Below are positions 10,539-26,837 of a stretch of 64,000 nucleotides of DNA, in pieces. The first letter of the stretch is position 1. Every line of letters starts with the position of its first letter. The position numbers were made by a program, and so were the translations under genes. Under the pieces are notes generated by a model, which had not been told where the DNA came from, ran no database searches, and worked only from the letters and a program-made list of their open reading frames with translations. The stretch comes from an uncultured Gammaproteobacteria bacterium (GTDB lineage: Bacteria; Pseudomonadota; Gammaproteobacteria; SZUA-140): positions 16,817 to 80,816 of the forward strand of contig CALZHD010000001.1 in NCBI GenBank assembly GCA_945787155.1, written 5' to 3'.

Positions 10539-11789
10539 CTACTCTTTAACATCTTTAACATCTTTAACATCTTTAACATCTTTAACATCTTTAACATCGT
10601 CTTTGATTAGTGGCAGGCGTATCACAAATGTCGTACCACTGTGCTGTTGTATTGATGATGACTCAATCCAGATTGCGCCATCATGCGCATGAACAATCGC
10701 CTGAACCACTGCCAATCCCAATCCGGTACCTTGAGGTTTTGTGGTAAAAAAAGGCTCAAAAATGCGCTCCTGCATCTTTGCAGAAATCCCACGACCATTA
10801 TCACTTACATAAATATCGATCGTATCTTCTGTGACATTGCAGCAGACTACTTTAATCCAGCCACTGATTTGATGCACTGTGCCTGACTCATCATCGTCGG
10901 CATCACAAGCCTGAATAGCATTTGAAACAAGATTTTGTAGTACTGCGGAGAGTGCCTCATGATGTCCTGAAATCTTGACATCAACACTGTTGATAATCTC
11001 AAGTGTGCAGGCTTTTTCTTCTAATTGAGGTAACATCATCTGCTGTAACTCATCCATGAGTGTTGAAACCTTTACCTCATCCGCACTGAAGTTTCCACCG
11101 CGCGCAAATACCAACATGTCATTTACGAGGTGTTCTAGATGTTTCAAACGAGAAATAATTTGCGCTGCATAGCGTGAACGTCGCCCCTGGTCTAAGTCAT
11201 CACGTTTAAGGTGTGACGCGTAAAGCAGACTTGAAGCCAGCGGAGTGCGAATTTGATGCGCAATCGAAGCCACCATCTCACCCATGGCGGAAAGACGCTG
11301 ATGCCGACTCAACAGTGCCTGCATCGCACGCGCCTCAGTGACATCAGTTAAAAGAACAATTTGTCCAGGGGCATCGCCAGACGGGCGTGTCGCAATATTG
11401 ACAATGCGGCCATCCTTCAGCGGCACATCATCACCCTGAGAGGTTGCTTGAAAAACCTGGGAAACCACATCGCGCCACAACCGGCTTAACAGAGGCTCAC
11501 CAATCAGTTCGATTGCTGCACGATTGCATTGCTGCACATAACCATCACCGTCCAGTACGATCACCGCAGCGGGCAAAGCATCCAGCAGGTCTTCAAAACG
11601 CCTGATGATTTGTTCATTGTCGGTATCGCGAAAAAAACGACGACTACGTTCGATTGCCAGCTCGCCGGTCAGTTGGCCAACTCGATCTTCCAGAACACGA
11701 TAGCTATTTACCAGTTGATCCGAGGCTTGACTAAAGAGACTAAAGGCGTGCTTTAACTCCCCGGTATTACGTACATTCTGTTGACCCAT
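10539..11789 (-). CDS. fleS: Cytoplasmic PAS sensor histidine kinase FleS/FlrB
   Basis: PAS domain, H-box AHQIRTP, NLVSNA, DNGRG, FFTTK.GTGLGL; no TM segment. Confidence 0.9.
   Translation of the reverse strand: MGQQNVRNTGELKHAFSLFSQASDQLVNSYRVLEDRVGQLTGELAIERSRRFFRDTDNEQIIRRFEDLLDALPAAVIVLDGDGYVQQCNRAAIELIGEPLLSRLWRDVVSQVFQATSQGDDVPLKDGRIVNIATRPSGDAPGQIVLLTDVTEARAMQALLSRHQRLSAMGEMVASIAHQIRTPLASSLLYASHLKRDDLDQGRRSRYAAQIISRLKHLEHLVNDMLVFARGGNFSADEVKVSTLMDELQQMMLPQLEEKACTLEIINSVDVKISGHHEALSAVLQNLVSNAIQACDADDDESGTVHQISGWIKVVCCNVTEDTIDIYVSDNGRGISAKMQERIFEPFFTTKPQGTGLGLAVVQAIVHAHDGAIWIESSSIQQHSGTTFVIRLPLIKDDVKDVKDVKDVKDVKDVKE
10543..10598. repeat. 9-bp tandem repeat (TCTTTAACA)x6 encoding a (DVK)6 tail of FleS
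   Basis: Six perfect copies read directly. Confidence 0.95.
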
Positions 11790-11844
11790 ACCAATACTGC
11801 CCTCTTAAAAAACCACGAAGAATCAGATCCTTCGTATAACAAAG

Positions 11845-11860
11845 AGCAATAACTGTGCCG
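11845..11860 (-). promoter_or_regulatory. Sigma54 promoter of fleSR
   Basis: Minus strand CGGCAC-AGTTA-TTGCT. Confidence 0.8.
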
Positions 11861-11920
11861 GCTTTACTAATTACTTAAAATTCAATAAGATATGGATAAG
11901 ATAAAAATAAACAGTCAAAT

Positions 11921-13369
11921 TTATGTCGCTTCATCCGAGCGCTGCAGCCCATATTTACGCAACTTCTCAACGAGCGTTGTACGACGCAGGCGCAAACGAT
12001 TGGCAGCATGCGCTACAACACCATCAGCATCATCCAATGCCTGCTTAATCAAATTATATTCCAGATTACTCAAATGCTCTTTTAGATCAATACCGTCCTG
12101 TGGCAATCTTGGAGTATCCAGAAGATCAATAGAAGCAGCACTAGGGGCGGTGTCATAAATGGCATTCTCCTGTATTGCCGCCGTCAGCGCACTGGTATCA
12201 GTACCGATATCGACCTGAAACTTCTGAGGCAAATCATGCACGTCGACCACACCATAGGGATGCATAATCACCAGACGTTCAATCATATTAGCAAGCTCGC
12301 GTACATTTCCAGGCCAATGATACTGACATAGTGCGACCACTGCCGCCTGAGTCAGACGAACTGAACCGCGTTTTTCATGCTCAAGTCGTTTAACCAGCTC
12401 ATTAACCAATAGAGGTACATCCTCAATGCGCTCACGCAATGGGGGCATATCGATTGGAAATACATTCAAACGATAAAAAAGATCCTCACGGAATTTGCCA
12501 TCTTTGATCGCCTCTTCCAGATTACGGTGAGTCGCCGCAACAATGCGCACATTGGACTCAATGGTCTTGTTACTACCGACACGCTCAAAGGTTCGCTCTT
12601 GCAGCACTCGCAGTAGTTTAACCTGCATCTGCACGCTCATATCTCCAATCTCATCAAGAAACAGCGTGCCACCCTCTGCCAGCTCGAAGCGCCCCTGGCG
12701 CGCACTAATCGCGCCAGTAAAGGCCCCCTTTTCATGTCCAAAGAGTTCACTCTCCAGTAATTCTGACGGAATAGCACCGCAATTAATTGGTACAAAAGGC
12801 TTGCCTCTGCGTTCGGAATGGTAATGCACATTACGGGCAACGACCTCCTTACCAGTACCCGACTCACCCAGAATCAGCACAGTTGCATCTGAACCGGCAA
12901 CCTGTTCAATTTGCTTTCTGACCTGCCGTACACTCCGACTATTACCTACCAGACTACGAAATAATTCCGGCGAGTGTGCGCCCTGACGCTTGGTATGGCT
13001 CTGACGAAATATCTGCGCCTGCTGTATCGCAGCGGTCAGGTCACGATATTTAACTGGATATTTGATGTGCCCCAGAATCCCGGCAGCCAGTTCAGTGGGT
13101 AGCTGAAGATTGTCACGACTATCCACCAGCAGAAAGACAGGGACATGCTCACCCCACGTCTTCAAGGCCTGCATGAGCGCAGGCAGTTCAGCGCTTACCG
13201 ATGCGGCCACGATAACCACACCAACATCATCAGCATTACATGTTGTCGGCTTCCACTCATCCTGCGTGGTTAATGTTACATCGGTACAATCGATGAACTC
13301 AAAAATAGCCTTTAAATCCTCATGACCACCTTCATTAGGATCAATAATCAGGACTGACTCCATTTTCAA
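11921..13369 (-). CDS. fleQ: Flagellar master regulator FleQ/FlrA
   Basis: Degenerate REC-like N-terminus, LFRSLVG, GESGTGKE, GAFTGA, C-terminal RRTTLVEKLRKY. Confidence 0.95.
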   Translation of the reverse strand: MKMESVLIIDPNEGGHEDLKAIFEFIDCTDVTLTTQDEWKPTTCNADDVGVVIVAASVSAELPALMQALKTWGEHVPVFLLVDSRDNLQLPTELAAGILGHIKYPVKYRDLTAAIQQAQIFRQSHTKRQGAHSPELFRSLVGNSRSVRQVRKQIEQVAGSDATVLILGESGTGKEVVARNVHYHSERRGKPFVPINCGAIPSELLESELFGHEKGAFTGAISARQGRFELAEGGTLFLDEIGDMSVQMQVKLLRVLQERTFERVGSNKTIESNVRIVAATHRNLEEAIKDGKFREDLFYRLNVFPIDMPPLRERIEDVPLLVNELVKRLEHEKRGSVRLTQAAVVALCQYHWPGNVRELANMIERLVIMHPYGVVDVHDLPQKFQVDIGTDTSALTAAIQENAIYDTAPSAASIDLLDTPRLPQDGIDLKEHLSNLEYNLIKQALDDADGVVAHAANRLRLRRTTLVEKLRKYGLQRSDEAT

Positions 13370-13461
13370 CTTCCCCTCAAATCGATTGTTCCACGCATAA
13401 GTGATGCAAACCCCAGCCCCTACTAAAAATCGCAGTAGTACGTCAAAAAACTGTCACAAGA

Positions 13462-13490
13462 AACATAACATACCCGAGGTAGTGGGTCAA
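13462..13490 (-). promoter_or_regulatory. Sigma70-type promoter of fleQ
   Basis: Minus strand TTGACC-N17-TATGTT. Confidence 0.6.
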
Positions 13491-13560
13491 CAAACCACAA
13501 CTTACTGATATAAAAAAGCTTTATATATTTGACTCGTTTATGGTCGCAGCTACAGAGAAA

Positions 13561-14166
13561 CTACTGAGAATCTTCGTCCCTTATTTTAGAGTCACGCCGT
13601 GACTGAGCGATACTACGCCGATGCTGTCTAAAAATAAGCTTCTCAAGGCCGGACTGAACTAAATCACTCATAGTCTCGTAAACTAGATGAATGAGATATT
13701 TTCCACTGGAACCTTGAATAGTCTTCACACTTATTATCTGGCCAATAACAATAAAAGGTCGCGGATATTTATGATGCAAATAGAGCGATAACTCTAAAAG
13801 CGCTCCTTCTCTCGGTGGCGCCTCTGAAATCCATTCAACTCCAGCAGAACCAAGCGTGATCGGCATCGATTCAGGCATGGCTGTCTCACGAATCACCAGC
13901 TGAGTCACCATGTCCAGCAGCAAATTAAGCTTATATTCGATACGGTTCAAATCAGAACCGGAACTACTACCGGTTTCATCTTGACCATCACCATGAAACT
14001 CATCCAGTGTCGCTATGAAACGTAACACCTCTTCGTTCGAGTCTTGAATTCTGAGATAGGAAAACGCCAATTCCTCCCTATCAATATCACGCCATTCCAG
14101 CGGCATGACATCTTTATATATAACACCTTCTCCAAGTTGTTCGTGATTGTCATCATCCATATTCAT
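13561..14166 (-). CDS. PilZ-like (PilZNR-type) protein in the flagellar cluster
   Basis: RIEYKLNLLLD helix followed by a beta-barrel-like C-terminus ending LEKLIFRQHRR; canonical RxxxR and DxSxxG motifs not evident. Confidence 0.65.
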   Translation of the reverse strand: MNMDDDNHEQLGEGVIYKDVMPLEWRDIDREELAFSYLRIQDSNEEVLRFIATLDEFHGDGQDETGSSSGSDLNRIEYKLNLLLDMVTQLVIRETAMPESMPITLGSAGVEWISEAPPREGALLELSLYLHHKYPRPFIVIGQIISVKTIQGSSGKYLIHLVYETMSDLVQSGLEKLIFRQHRRSIAQSRRDSKIRDEDSQ

Positions 14167-14243
14167 AGCACTCTAAGATACAGGATATGTAACTCACCAG
14201 GCAACCATCTTCCATTTACAACTACACCAACACTAGTAAGCTG

Positions 14244-14606
14244 CTACTTATTTGATGAGTTGTACGCTTGCGACGCCTGCTTTCCACGACTGATCTTTTG
14301 TGAATTTCTTAAGATATTCTGCTGTTCAGATAAACTTAACATGATAATTTTCTTATCAGTAGCTAACACCTCTAAAATAGTGCTCGCAACATACTCGACC
14401 TCTTCAACTGAGGGTGTTACTTCAAAAAAGGAATAAATTAGATCACCGCGCTCTGCTTCAAGCTTACTCACATCGTCCCACCGCTGCTGCTTCACTAAAT
14501 ACAACATCTTTTTTGTCAGCGCTTTAATTATATCAAGCTGTGCAATACGGTCTTTTATGGCAGTAATAATCACCTTAGTATCAACATCGACCATCTGAGC
14601 ACTCAT
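14244..14606 (-). CDS. fliT: Flagellar chaperone FliT
   Basis: Small helical protein after fliS; QRWDDVSKLEAER and C-terminal ASQAY. Confidence 0.75.
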   Translation of the reverse strand: MSAQMVDVDTKVIITAIKDRIAQLDIIKALTKKMLYLVKQQRWDDVSKLEAERGDLIYSFFEVTPSVEEVEYVASTILEVLATDKKIIMLSLSEQQNILRNSQKISRGKQASQAYNSSNK

Positions 14607-14626
14607 TGCTAATATCTCAGCAGCAT

Positions 14627-15082
14627 CTAACGACCACTGGATGCTGTTTGATCATCCTCACCTTTCGCCTTACGAGCATGATCCATCACAATATCTTCAG
14701 GAATCGCATCCCATGCGCCTTTAATTTCATTCAGCAGTTTTGTCACCTCATCCAGTAAGCTCACATCATTTTTCAGATTGGCCTGTAACAAGATATGCCC
14801 CATGTACTCATAAAGATTATCCAGATTCTGCGCAATCTCTCCCCCCATTCGCTTATCAAGACTGACACGCAAACCTTCAACAATCGAAATTGCGATACTA
14901 ATATTCTCTCCTTTCTTGGCAACCTCATTTTGTTCCATGTGTAATTTTGCGGTTGCGACCTTCTCCAGAGCCCCCGCCATCAACATCTGGATCAATCGAT
15001 GTGGTGTCGCACTCTCAATACCCCCTTGAACACTCACCTTCTTGTATTGATCCATGCCCGACTGTCTGCTCGAAAAACTCAT
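14627..15082 (-). CDS. fliS: Flagellin chaperone FliS
   Basis: ATPHRLIQMLMAGA, GEIAQNLDNLYEY, IKGAWDAI. Confidence 0.95.
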   Translation of the reverse strand: MSFSSRQSGMDQYKKVSVQGGIESATPHRLIQMLMAGALEKVATAKLHMEQNEVAKKGENISIAISIVEGLRVSLDKRMGGEIAQNLDNLYEYMGHILLQANLKNDVSLLDEVTKLLNEIKGAWDAIPEDIVMDHARKAKGEDDQTASSGR

Positions 15083-15132
15083 TGCCTGCTCTCCGTCACG
15101 TTAATCCTTATCATTATGATTTTTCCATACTA

Positions 15133-17142
15133 CTATTTTTTCCTTGCGCCAATCGTTGGCAGGGTTTCCAGTTGTTGGCTCAGAAAATTGCCTGTCCCCT
15201 GTAGTTGACTCACCAACTGATCCATCGCTAAAAACTGTGCAAACAACCTACTTTCAAGTGCCGACATCCGACCGCCCAGCGTCTCTCTAGCCTCACCAAT
15301 ACCATCAATTCTATCTTCGATGCCATCGATTCTGGCATTGAGCGCTCCCTTTGAATCAAGCATACCATCAATCAGCGTACTCAATTTATCGGCAATACCA
15401 CGTGCAAATGAAACGGTACCATGAGCACCCAAAGTGCCATCAAGGATCTCAACCTTCAAACCATCTGCATTCACACTACCGGTCAGAAACCGTCCTGAGC
15501 CTGTAGCAGCCTGTCCACCGATGGTACCCGCCACATTAAGCCCCGCGATACCAGCCCCCGCACTCAGGCCAAAACCACTGCCTTCTACAGAATTAATATT
15601 GACCTTCGATGCATCGCCATAGCGCGTAGAAGAAATCACAAAATGCTCATTACTTGCAGTGTCATCAAAGGTCACATTCGCCGAGACACCTTCATCTTTT
15701 AGCGCAGAGACACCATTTATACGTGCCTGTAACTCACTTGCCAGGGAGGCGCCACTATAAGTGCCCTGAGTTAGAGTAATGACTCCAGTTTGCTTTCCAT
15801 CAACGGTAAACGAAAGCGTGTCATTATTTCCATCGATGACGATTGATCCTGTATATCCAAAGGTTTCCCCGGTAACGGCTCCCTGAGTGGCTGCCTGTGT
15901 GATGTCAATCGCGTACTCGCCCGGCTTAGTATTGTTTGACGAGCTGATAAAACTAACCTGACTACTGCTCAATTGCCCTGCGGACGCAAAGAGATAGCCT
16001 ACTGCATCTGGATTACTCGCAACAGCGGCATCCAGTTTAGTATTATCAATCACTAATTTCCCATCACGCTCAGTGGTAATGCCCAACTCTGCCAGTGATT
16101 GATAATTACTTGCCAACCCTTCGATCGTATCGTTTACCTCACGCCGCAGTTGCCCTCCGACACTGCGCAAAACGCTATCTCCCAGTAAGATTCCACCCTG
16201 CTGGGTATCGGCATCAAATCGGTTGAGCTCATTCATAATGCCCAGCAGAGCATTGTATTCGGTAACAAAGTTTTGCACTGCATTGGTGACCGTACTGTTG
16301 CTACGAGCAACATCAACATTCACTGCTCCATCCGCTTCAAGCTGCGCCTTTTTAAGGTTCAGAGTTACCCCATTAATCGCCTCGTTGACCACATTGGTAC
16401 TACTGGTCACCGCCAGACCATTGATAGTCAATAAGGCATCCTGCCCTGCCAGGGTCTGCTCAAGATTGGTCGCAGTACTATTAAATTCTAGCGCGGAGAG
16501 ACTGGCATCATCCACCGTTACTTCCATACTGCTGGCTGCACCGGTATCTGTTGAAGTATAGGTCAAACGATAATCTGAACCATCATAAATAATGCTGGCT
16601 GAGACGCCAATATTGGCATTATTCACCGCATCACGCACCCCCTCCAATGAGTTATTGGTAGCGTCAATGGTCACGGTTTTAGTAGGTTTGTCAGCGTTCT
16701 GCGTAAATGAGGTATAGCTATCGGAATCTTTGTCATAAACCGTGGTGCCAAACTTGAAGGTCACGGTACCCGCCCCGACCACATCAGCCACGCTATTGAA
16801 GCCAGTCGTCACCAGGGTATGCGCCTGTGCTAGATTGCTCACCTTGATGCTATAACTAGAATTAGCCGCCTTATCAGTCGCATCTGCAGTCACAATATCG
16901 GCATCTGATGAGCTAGTGGAAACAGAATTGAAGCTGCTTATCGATGAAATTGAATTCAGCGCGCCATTAAATGACGAGAGTGCCCCTTTCAATGAACCAT
17001 ATGCGGTAAGTTGAGCTTGAAACGTGGCTTCTTTAAAATCGAGACGATTAGAAGTTGGCGCTCGTTCGGCCTCAATGATCGAAGTAACCAGACCATTGAT
17101 ATCCAGGCCCGAACCGATACCTGGTGATGAAATAGATGCCAT
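15133..17142 (-). CDS. fliD: Flagellar filament cap FliD
   Basis: MASISSPGIGSGLD N-terminus, LAQAH, QFLAMDQLVSQL C-terminus. Confidence 0.95.
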   Translation of the reverse strand: MASISSPGIGSGLDINGLVTSIIEAERAPTSNRLDFKEATFQAQLTAYGSLKGALSSFNGALNSISSISSFNSVSTSSSDADIVTADATDKAANSSYSIKVSNLAQAHTLVTTGFNSVADVVGAGTVTFKFGTTVYDKDSDSYTSFTQNADKPTKTVTIDATNNSLEGVRDAVNNANIGVSASIIYDGSDYRLTYTSTDTGAASSMEVTVDDASLSALEFNSTATNLEQTLAGQDALLTINGLAVTSSTNVVNEAINGVTLNLKKAQLEADGAVNVDVARSNSTVTNAVQNFVTEYNALLGIMNELNRFDADTQQGGILLGDSVLRSVGGQLRREVNDTIEGLASNYQSLAELGITTERDGKLVIDNTKLDAAVASNPDAVGYLFASAGQLSSSQVSFISSSNNTKPGEYAIDITQAATQGAVTGETFGYTGSIVIDGNNDTLSFTVDGKQTGVITLTQGTYSGASLASELQARINGVSALKDEGVSANVTFDDTASNEHFVISSTRYGDASKVNINSVEGSGFGLSAGAGIAGLNVAGTIGGQAATGSGRFLTGSVNADGLKVEILDGTLGAHGTVSFARGIADKLSTLIDGMLDSKGALNARIDGIEDRIDGIGEARETLGGRMSALESRLFAQFLAMDQLVSQLQGTGNFLSQQLETLPTIGARKK

Positions 17143-17221
17143 ATCGCCCTCTTTTTACTACTTTTACTTAAATCGCCCTTCACCCAGCTGTTAAGTGAAG
17201 GTCTTTACCTCATAAATAATA

Positions 17222-17237
17222 AGCAATTTTTAGGCCA
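17222..17237 (-). promoter_or_regulatory. Sigma54 promoter of fliD-fliS-fliT
   Basis: Minus strand TGGCCT-AAAAA-TTGCT. Confidence 0.7.
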
Positions 17238-17266
17238 TCCAAGAAAAATCTCTTAATATTTTTGTT

Positions 17267-17686
17267 TTAGGCTTTATCATTAATCAGCGATGCACCACCT
17301 ACTTCATTGAAATGGCGTACGAGATTAAGGAATTCCTCTGATGGTATTTGTCGAATAACCTCTTCCGATTCAACATCGTAAACAGTAATAACAGTATGAT
17401 CAGAACCTTCATCAATGGTAAATTCCAGGCCACGACGAATATTCTGCACGTGATCACTCATACGACTGACTGCCTCGGAAAGTTTTGAAATTTCTGCGAC
17501 AGCAGAAGGGTCTTCATTTAAAACAGATGGCAAAGATTGGTTACCGCTGCTAGATTCAGCTTGCCGCCCACTATCTACCAGCTTCACTGTCGGAGTCTCT
17601 GTAGTAGGTGGACCCACTATCGGCCTTACCTGGCTCGAAGAATGTATCACGTCCGCTGTGACCCGCGTTCCAAGGTCAATAGACAT
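17267..17686 (-). CDS. flaG: FlaG family protein
   Basis: LEFTIDE...EVIRQIPSEE; between fliC and fliD. Confidence 0.9.
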   Translation of the reverse strand: MSIDLGTRVTADVIHSSSQVRPIVGPPTTETPTVKLVDSGRQAESSSGNQSLPSVLNEDPSAVAEISKLSEAVSRMSDHVQNIRRGLEFTIDEGSDHTVITVYDVESEEVIRQIPSEEFLNLVRHFNEVGGASLINDKA

Positions 17687-17722
17687 GAATCGTACCTCCT
17701 ATCGTTAACATAAAACTTCTCA

Positions 17723-17758
17723 GGAAATGGTCCGGGGCATACGCCCCGAACCGGTTCC
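17723..17758 (-). terminator. GC-rich hairpin just after fliC (partial terminator or mRNA stabiliser)
   Basis: Minus strand GGTTCGGGGC-GTAT-GCCCCGGACC; weak U-tract. Confidence 0.55.
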
Positions 17759-17766
17759 ATTTACAC

Positions 17767-19884
17767 TTACTGCAGCAGTGACAACACTAACTGTGGCAAT
17801 GAATTTGCCTGTGACAGAATTGAAACACCTGCCTGTTGCAGAATTTGTGAACGTGTCAGTGCCGCAGTTTCTTCCGCATAGTCTGTATCTCGAATTCGTG
17901 AACGCGCAGCGCTCAGATTCTCAGAGGAAGCTGCCAGATTAGCAATGGTCGATTCAAAACGATTTTGAACCGCACCCAGATCACCTCGCAGCGTGTTAAT
18001 CTGATCCAGTGCACCATCCATCAGGGCAATTGCAGAGTTCGCACCCGCCACCGTGGAGATGTCCACTGCATCAATGCTGCTCAGAGTAGAACTTGCAGAT
18101 GCCAGGCCAGCCTTAGTTGCATTATTACCTGCAATGGTGAACTGGGTAGAGGAATCCAGCGCCAGCGTACCCTTAACATTAAAGGCTACTGCCGCACCCG
18201 CAGTACCTGCAGTGGCAGCAGCAGTCGATACACCCGCCACACCGGCACCACTCTCAGTCACAGCAAGATTGCTCACGCCCGTTCCCAAAAGATCTGAGGT
18301 CAGGGTGATTGCAGCAGCGCCACCAGTAGCTTGAACATTAGTTCTAGCACCAGCATATTCTGCATTAACCGCTGTCAGGAAGTTTTGTGCAATCCCGGCA
18401 TCAGTGATGGCAAGGCTAACGCCTACATTACCTGTAGTGGCACCGGTACCATCAGCAGTGAACTCATACACCCGACCACCGACCGTGAGTGTTTCGCCAA
18501 AGGCAATACCTGCACCAGCTGTCGCTGCATTATTAATCGCGTAACCTGCGGTGCCATTAGTGATATCGGTATGATTCACTGCTGTACTGGTAAACACATC
18601 TGAGGTTAAGGTCATAGCTGCAGCAGTACCGTCTGCTGTAACATTACTCGTAGCACCATTAATTACAGCAGCGGCCTTAGTAGAAACTCCAGCAGCGGTA
18701 TCAGCCGCCGCATAGGCAATCGCGGTATTACCCGCTGTCACACCGAGACCATCTAAATCCATTTCAAAGGTTGTGCCTTGTATAGAGAAAGTATCCCCAT
18801 CGGTAGTAGCGCCACCTGCTAAAAAGGTAATATTAGAGACGCCCGCTGCACCACCGGCAAAGGTCGTCACACCGGTCGATTGAGTCGCCGCCGCACTTCG
18901 CACCTCTAACGCCGTTGCATTCTCGATCCGATCCAGACCATCGACACCGTTACTAGAAGTAATCTCGATATTTTTACCCGTTGTTGAGGTCAGCGTCAAA
19001 GCACCGGTGGCCAAATCTGCGGTAGCACTCACGCCGCTTTGAGACGACACATTATTAATGGCAGTGGCAACATTGGCACCCTGTGTCGCAACATTATTGG
19101 AACCTGTTACAGAACCAATGTTGACTCCATTAACTAATAAATCACCTGACTGCAAGGTCTGGTTACGTAACAAGGTATTCGTAATCGAAGAGGAAGTCGT
19201 TGTCGTAGCTGATGCCTTGACACCCGTTGTGGTGGTTACGCTATTGATCGCAGCGGCGATACTCTCAGCAGAACCTGAGGTAGAAACACCCACGTCTGTC
19301 CCATTGATAGTAAGATCACCACCCGCCAGCGCTGTACCACTCACAGCTGTCGCAGTATTTCCTACCTGATAAGAACCCAGTGCCGATGTCTGCGCATTGC
19401 CCACATTCACCAGAATGGTCTGATTAGCGTTAGCGCCTACCTGGAATTGTGCGCCCGTGAATGAACCATCAATAATGTTCTGACCATTAAACTGAGTGGT
19501 CGTCGCAACACGTTGCAACTCTGAGAGCAACTGGCTCGCCTCACCCTGCAGCGCAGTACGATCAGAGGCCGAGTTGGTGGAGTTCGCAGACTGAATCGCC
19601 AGCTCGCGCACACGTTGCAGAATATTGCCATACTCGCCCATCGCACCTTCAGCAGTCTGCGCCAGAGAGATGGCATCATTGGCGTTACGAGACGCCTGAT
19701 TAAGACCACGGATCTGGGTGGTGAATCGTTCTGAAATCGCGAGTCCCGCAGCATCATCCTTGGCACTGTTAATGCGCAGACCAGATGAAAGACGCTGGAG
19801 AGATACACCTAATTGAGATTGGCTATTATTGAGGTTACGTTGAGAATTTAACGAGGCAACATTAGTGTTAATAATTTGTGGCAT
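17767..19884 (-). CDS. fliC: Flagellin (705 aa, large hypervariable region)
   Basis: MPQIINTN...[17 protein letters not shown] and LGAVQNRF...[18 protein letters not shown] before ATG 19884. Confidence 0.97.
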   Translation of the reverse strand: MPQIINTNVASLNSQRNLNNSQSQLGVSLQRLSSGLRINSAKDDAAGLAISERFTTQIRGLNQASRNANDAISLAQTAEGAMGEYGNILQRVRELAIQSANSTNSASDRTALQGEASQLLSELQRVATTTQFNGQNIIDGSFTGAQFQVGANANQTILVNVGNAQTSALGSYQVGNTATAVSGTALAGGDLTINGTDVGVSTSGSAESIAAAINSVTTTTGVKASATTTTSSSITNTLLRNQTLQSGDLLVNGVNIGSVTGSNNVATQGANVATAINNVSSQSGVSATADLATGALTLTSTTGKNIEITSSNGVDGLDRIENATALEVRSAAATQSTGVTTFAGGAAGVSNITFLAGGATTDGDTFSIQGTTFEMDLDGLGVTAGNTAIAYAAADTAAGVSTKAAAVINGATSNVTADGTAAAMTLTSDVFTSTAVNHTDITNGTAGYAINNAATAGAGIAFGETLTVGGRVYEFTADGTGATTGNVGVSLAITDAGIAQNFLTAVNAEYAGARTNVQATGGAAAITLTSDLLGTGVSNLAVTESGAGVAGVSTAAATAGTAGAAVAFNVKGTLALDSSTQFTIAGNNATKAGLASASSTLSSIDAVDISTVAGANSAIALMDGALDQINTLRGDLGAVQNRFESTIANLAASSENLSAARSRIRDTDYAEETAALTRSQILQQAGVSILSQANSLPQLVLSLLQ

Positions 19885-20038
19885 TTTTTGCTTCTCCTTA
19901 CGGCTCCGGCATACATACAAACGTACAGCCTGCTCTTATAGACAGAGTAAGTGCTGTACATCAGCCCAGCACCGGAACTAAAGGTTTATCTTTAGCGGAT
20001 ATACTTATCAAAAAAAGTATTTACCGCTCCCAGTGATG

Positions 20039-20065
20039 TTATCGGAAAATCATAGATAATCTTTA
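20039..20065 (-). promoter_or_regulatory. Sigma28 (FliA) promoter of fliC
   Basis: Minus strand TAAA-N15-TCCGATAA. Confidence 0.85.
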
Positions 20066-20213
20066 GCACTAACTGACACCTCTGCCGCATAACCAGACAG
20101 TCATGAGCAATTAAATTAATATCAATATCAATTAGTTATTAATTACTTACTGATACCATCACAATATTAAGCGCCATCTAGCCAATCAACCCACCCGGCT
20201 CCTTTAAAATTAC

Positions 20214-20240
20214 TAAACACTGAACAACATCGCCCGATAT
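20214..20240 (+). promoter_or_regulatory. Sigma28-like promoter of the TPR-GT41 gene
   Basis: TAAA-N15-CCCGATAT ending 52 bp before the GTG start. Confidence 0.6.
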
Positions 20241-20292
20241 AGACAATATAAATGTAAGTTATTAATTTTAATAAAATTCAGGGGCCGATCGC

Positions 20293-26837
<6,545 letters not shown>

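Noticed and set aside
10543..10598. Repeat array considered as CRISPR or a phase-variation switch
   Set aside because: No spacers or cas genes; the 9-bp unit is in frame
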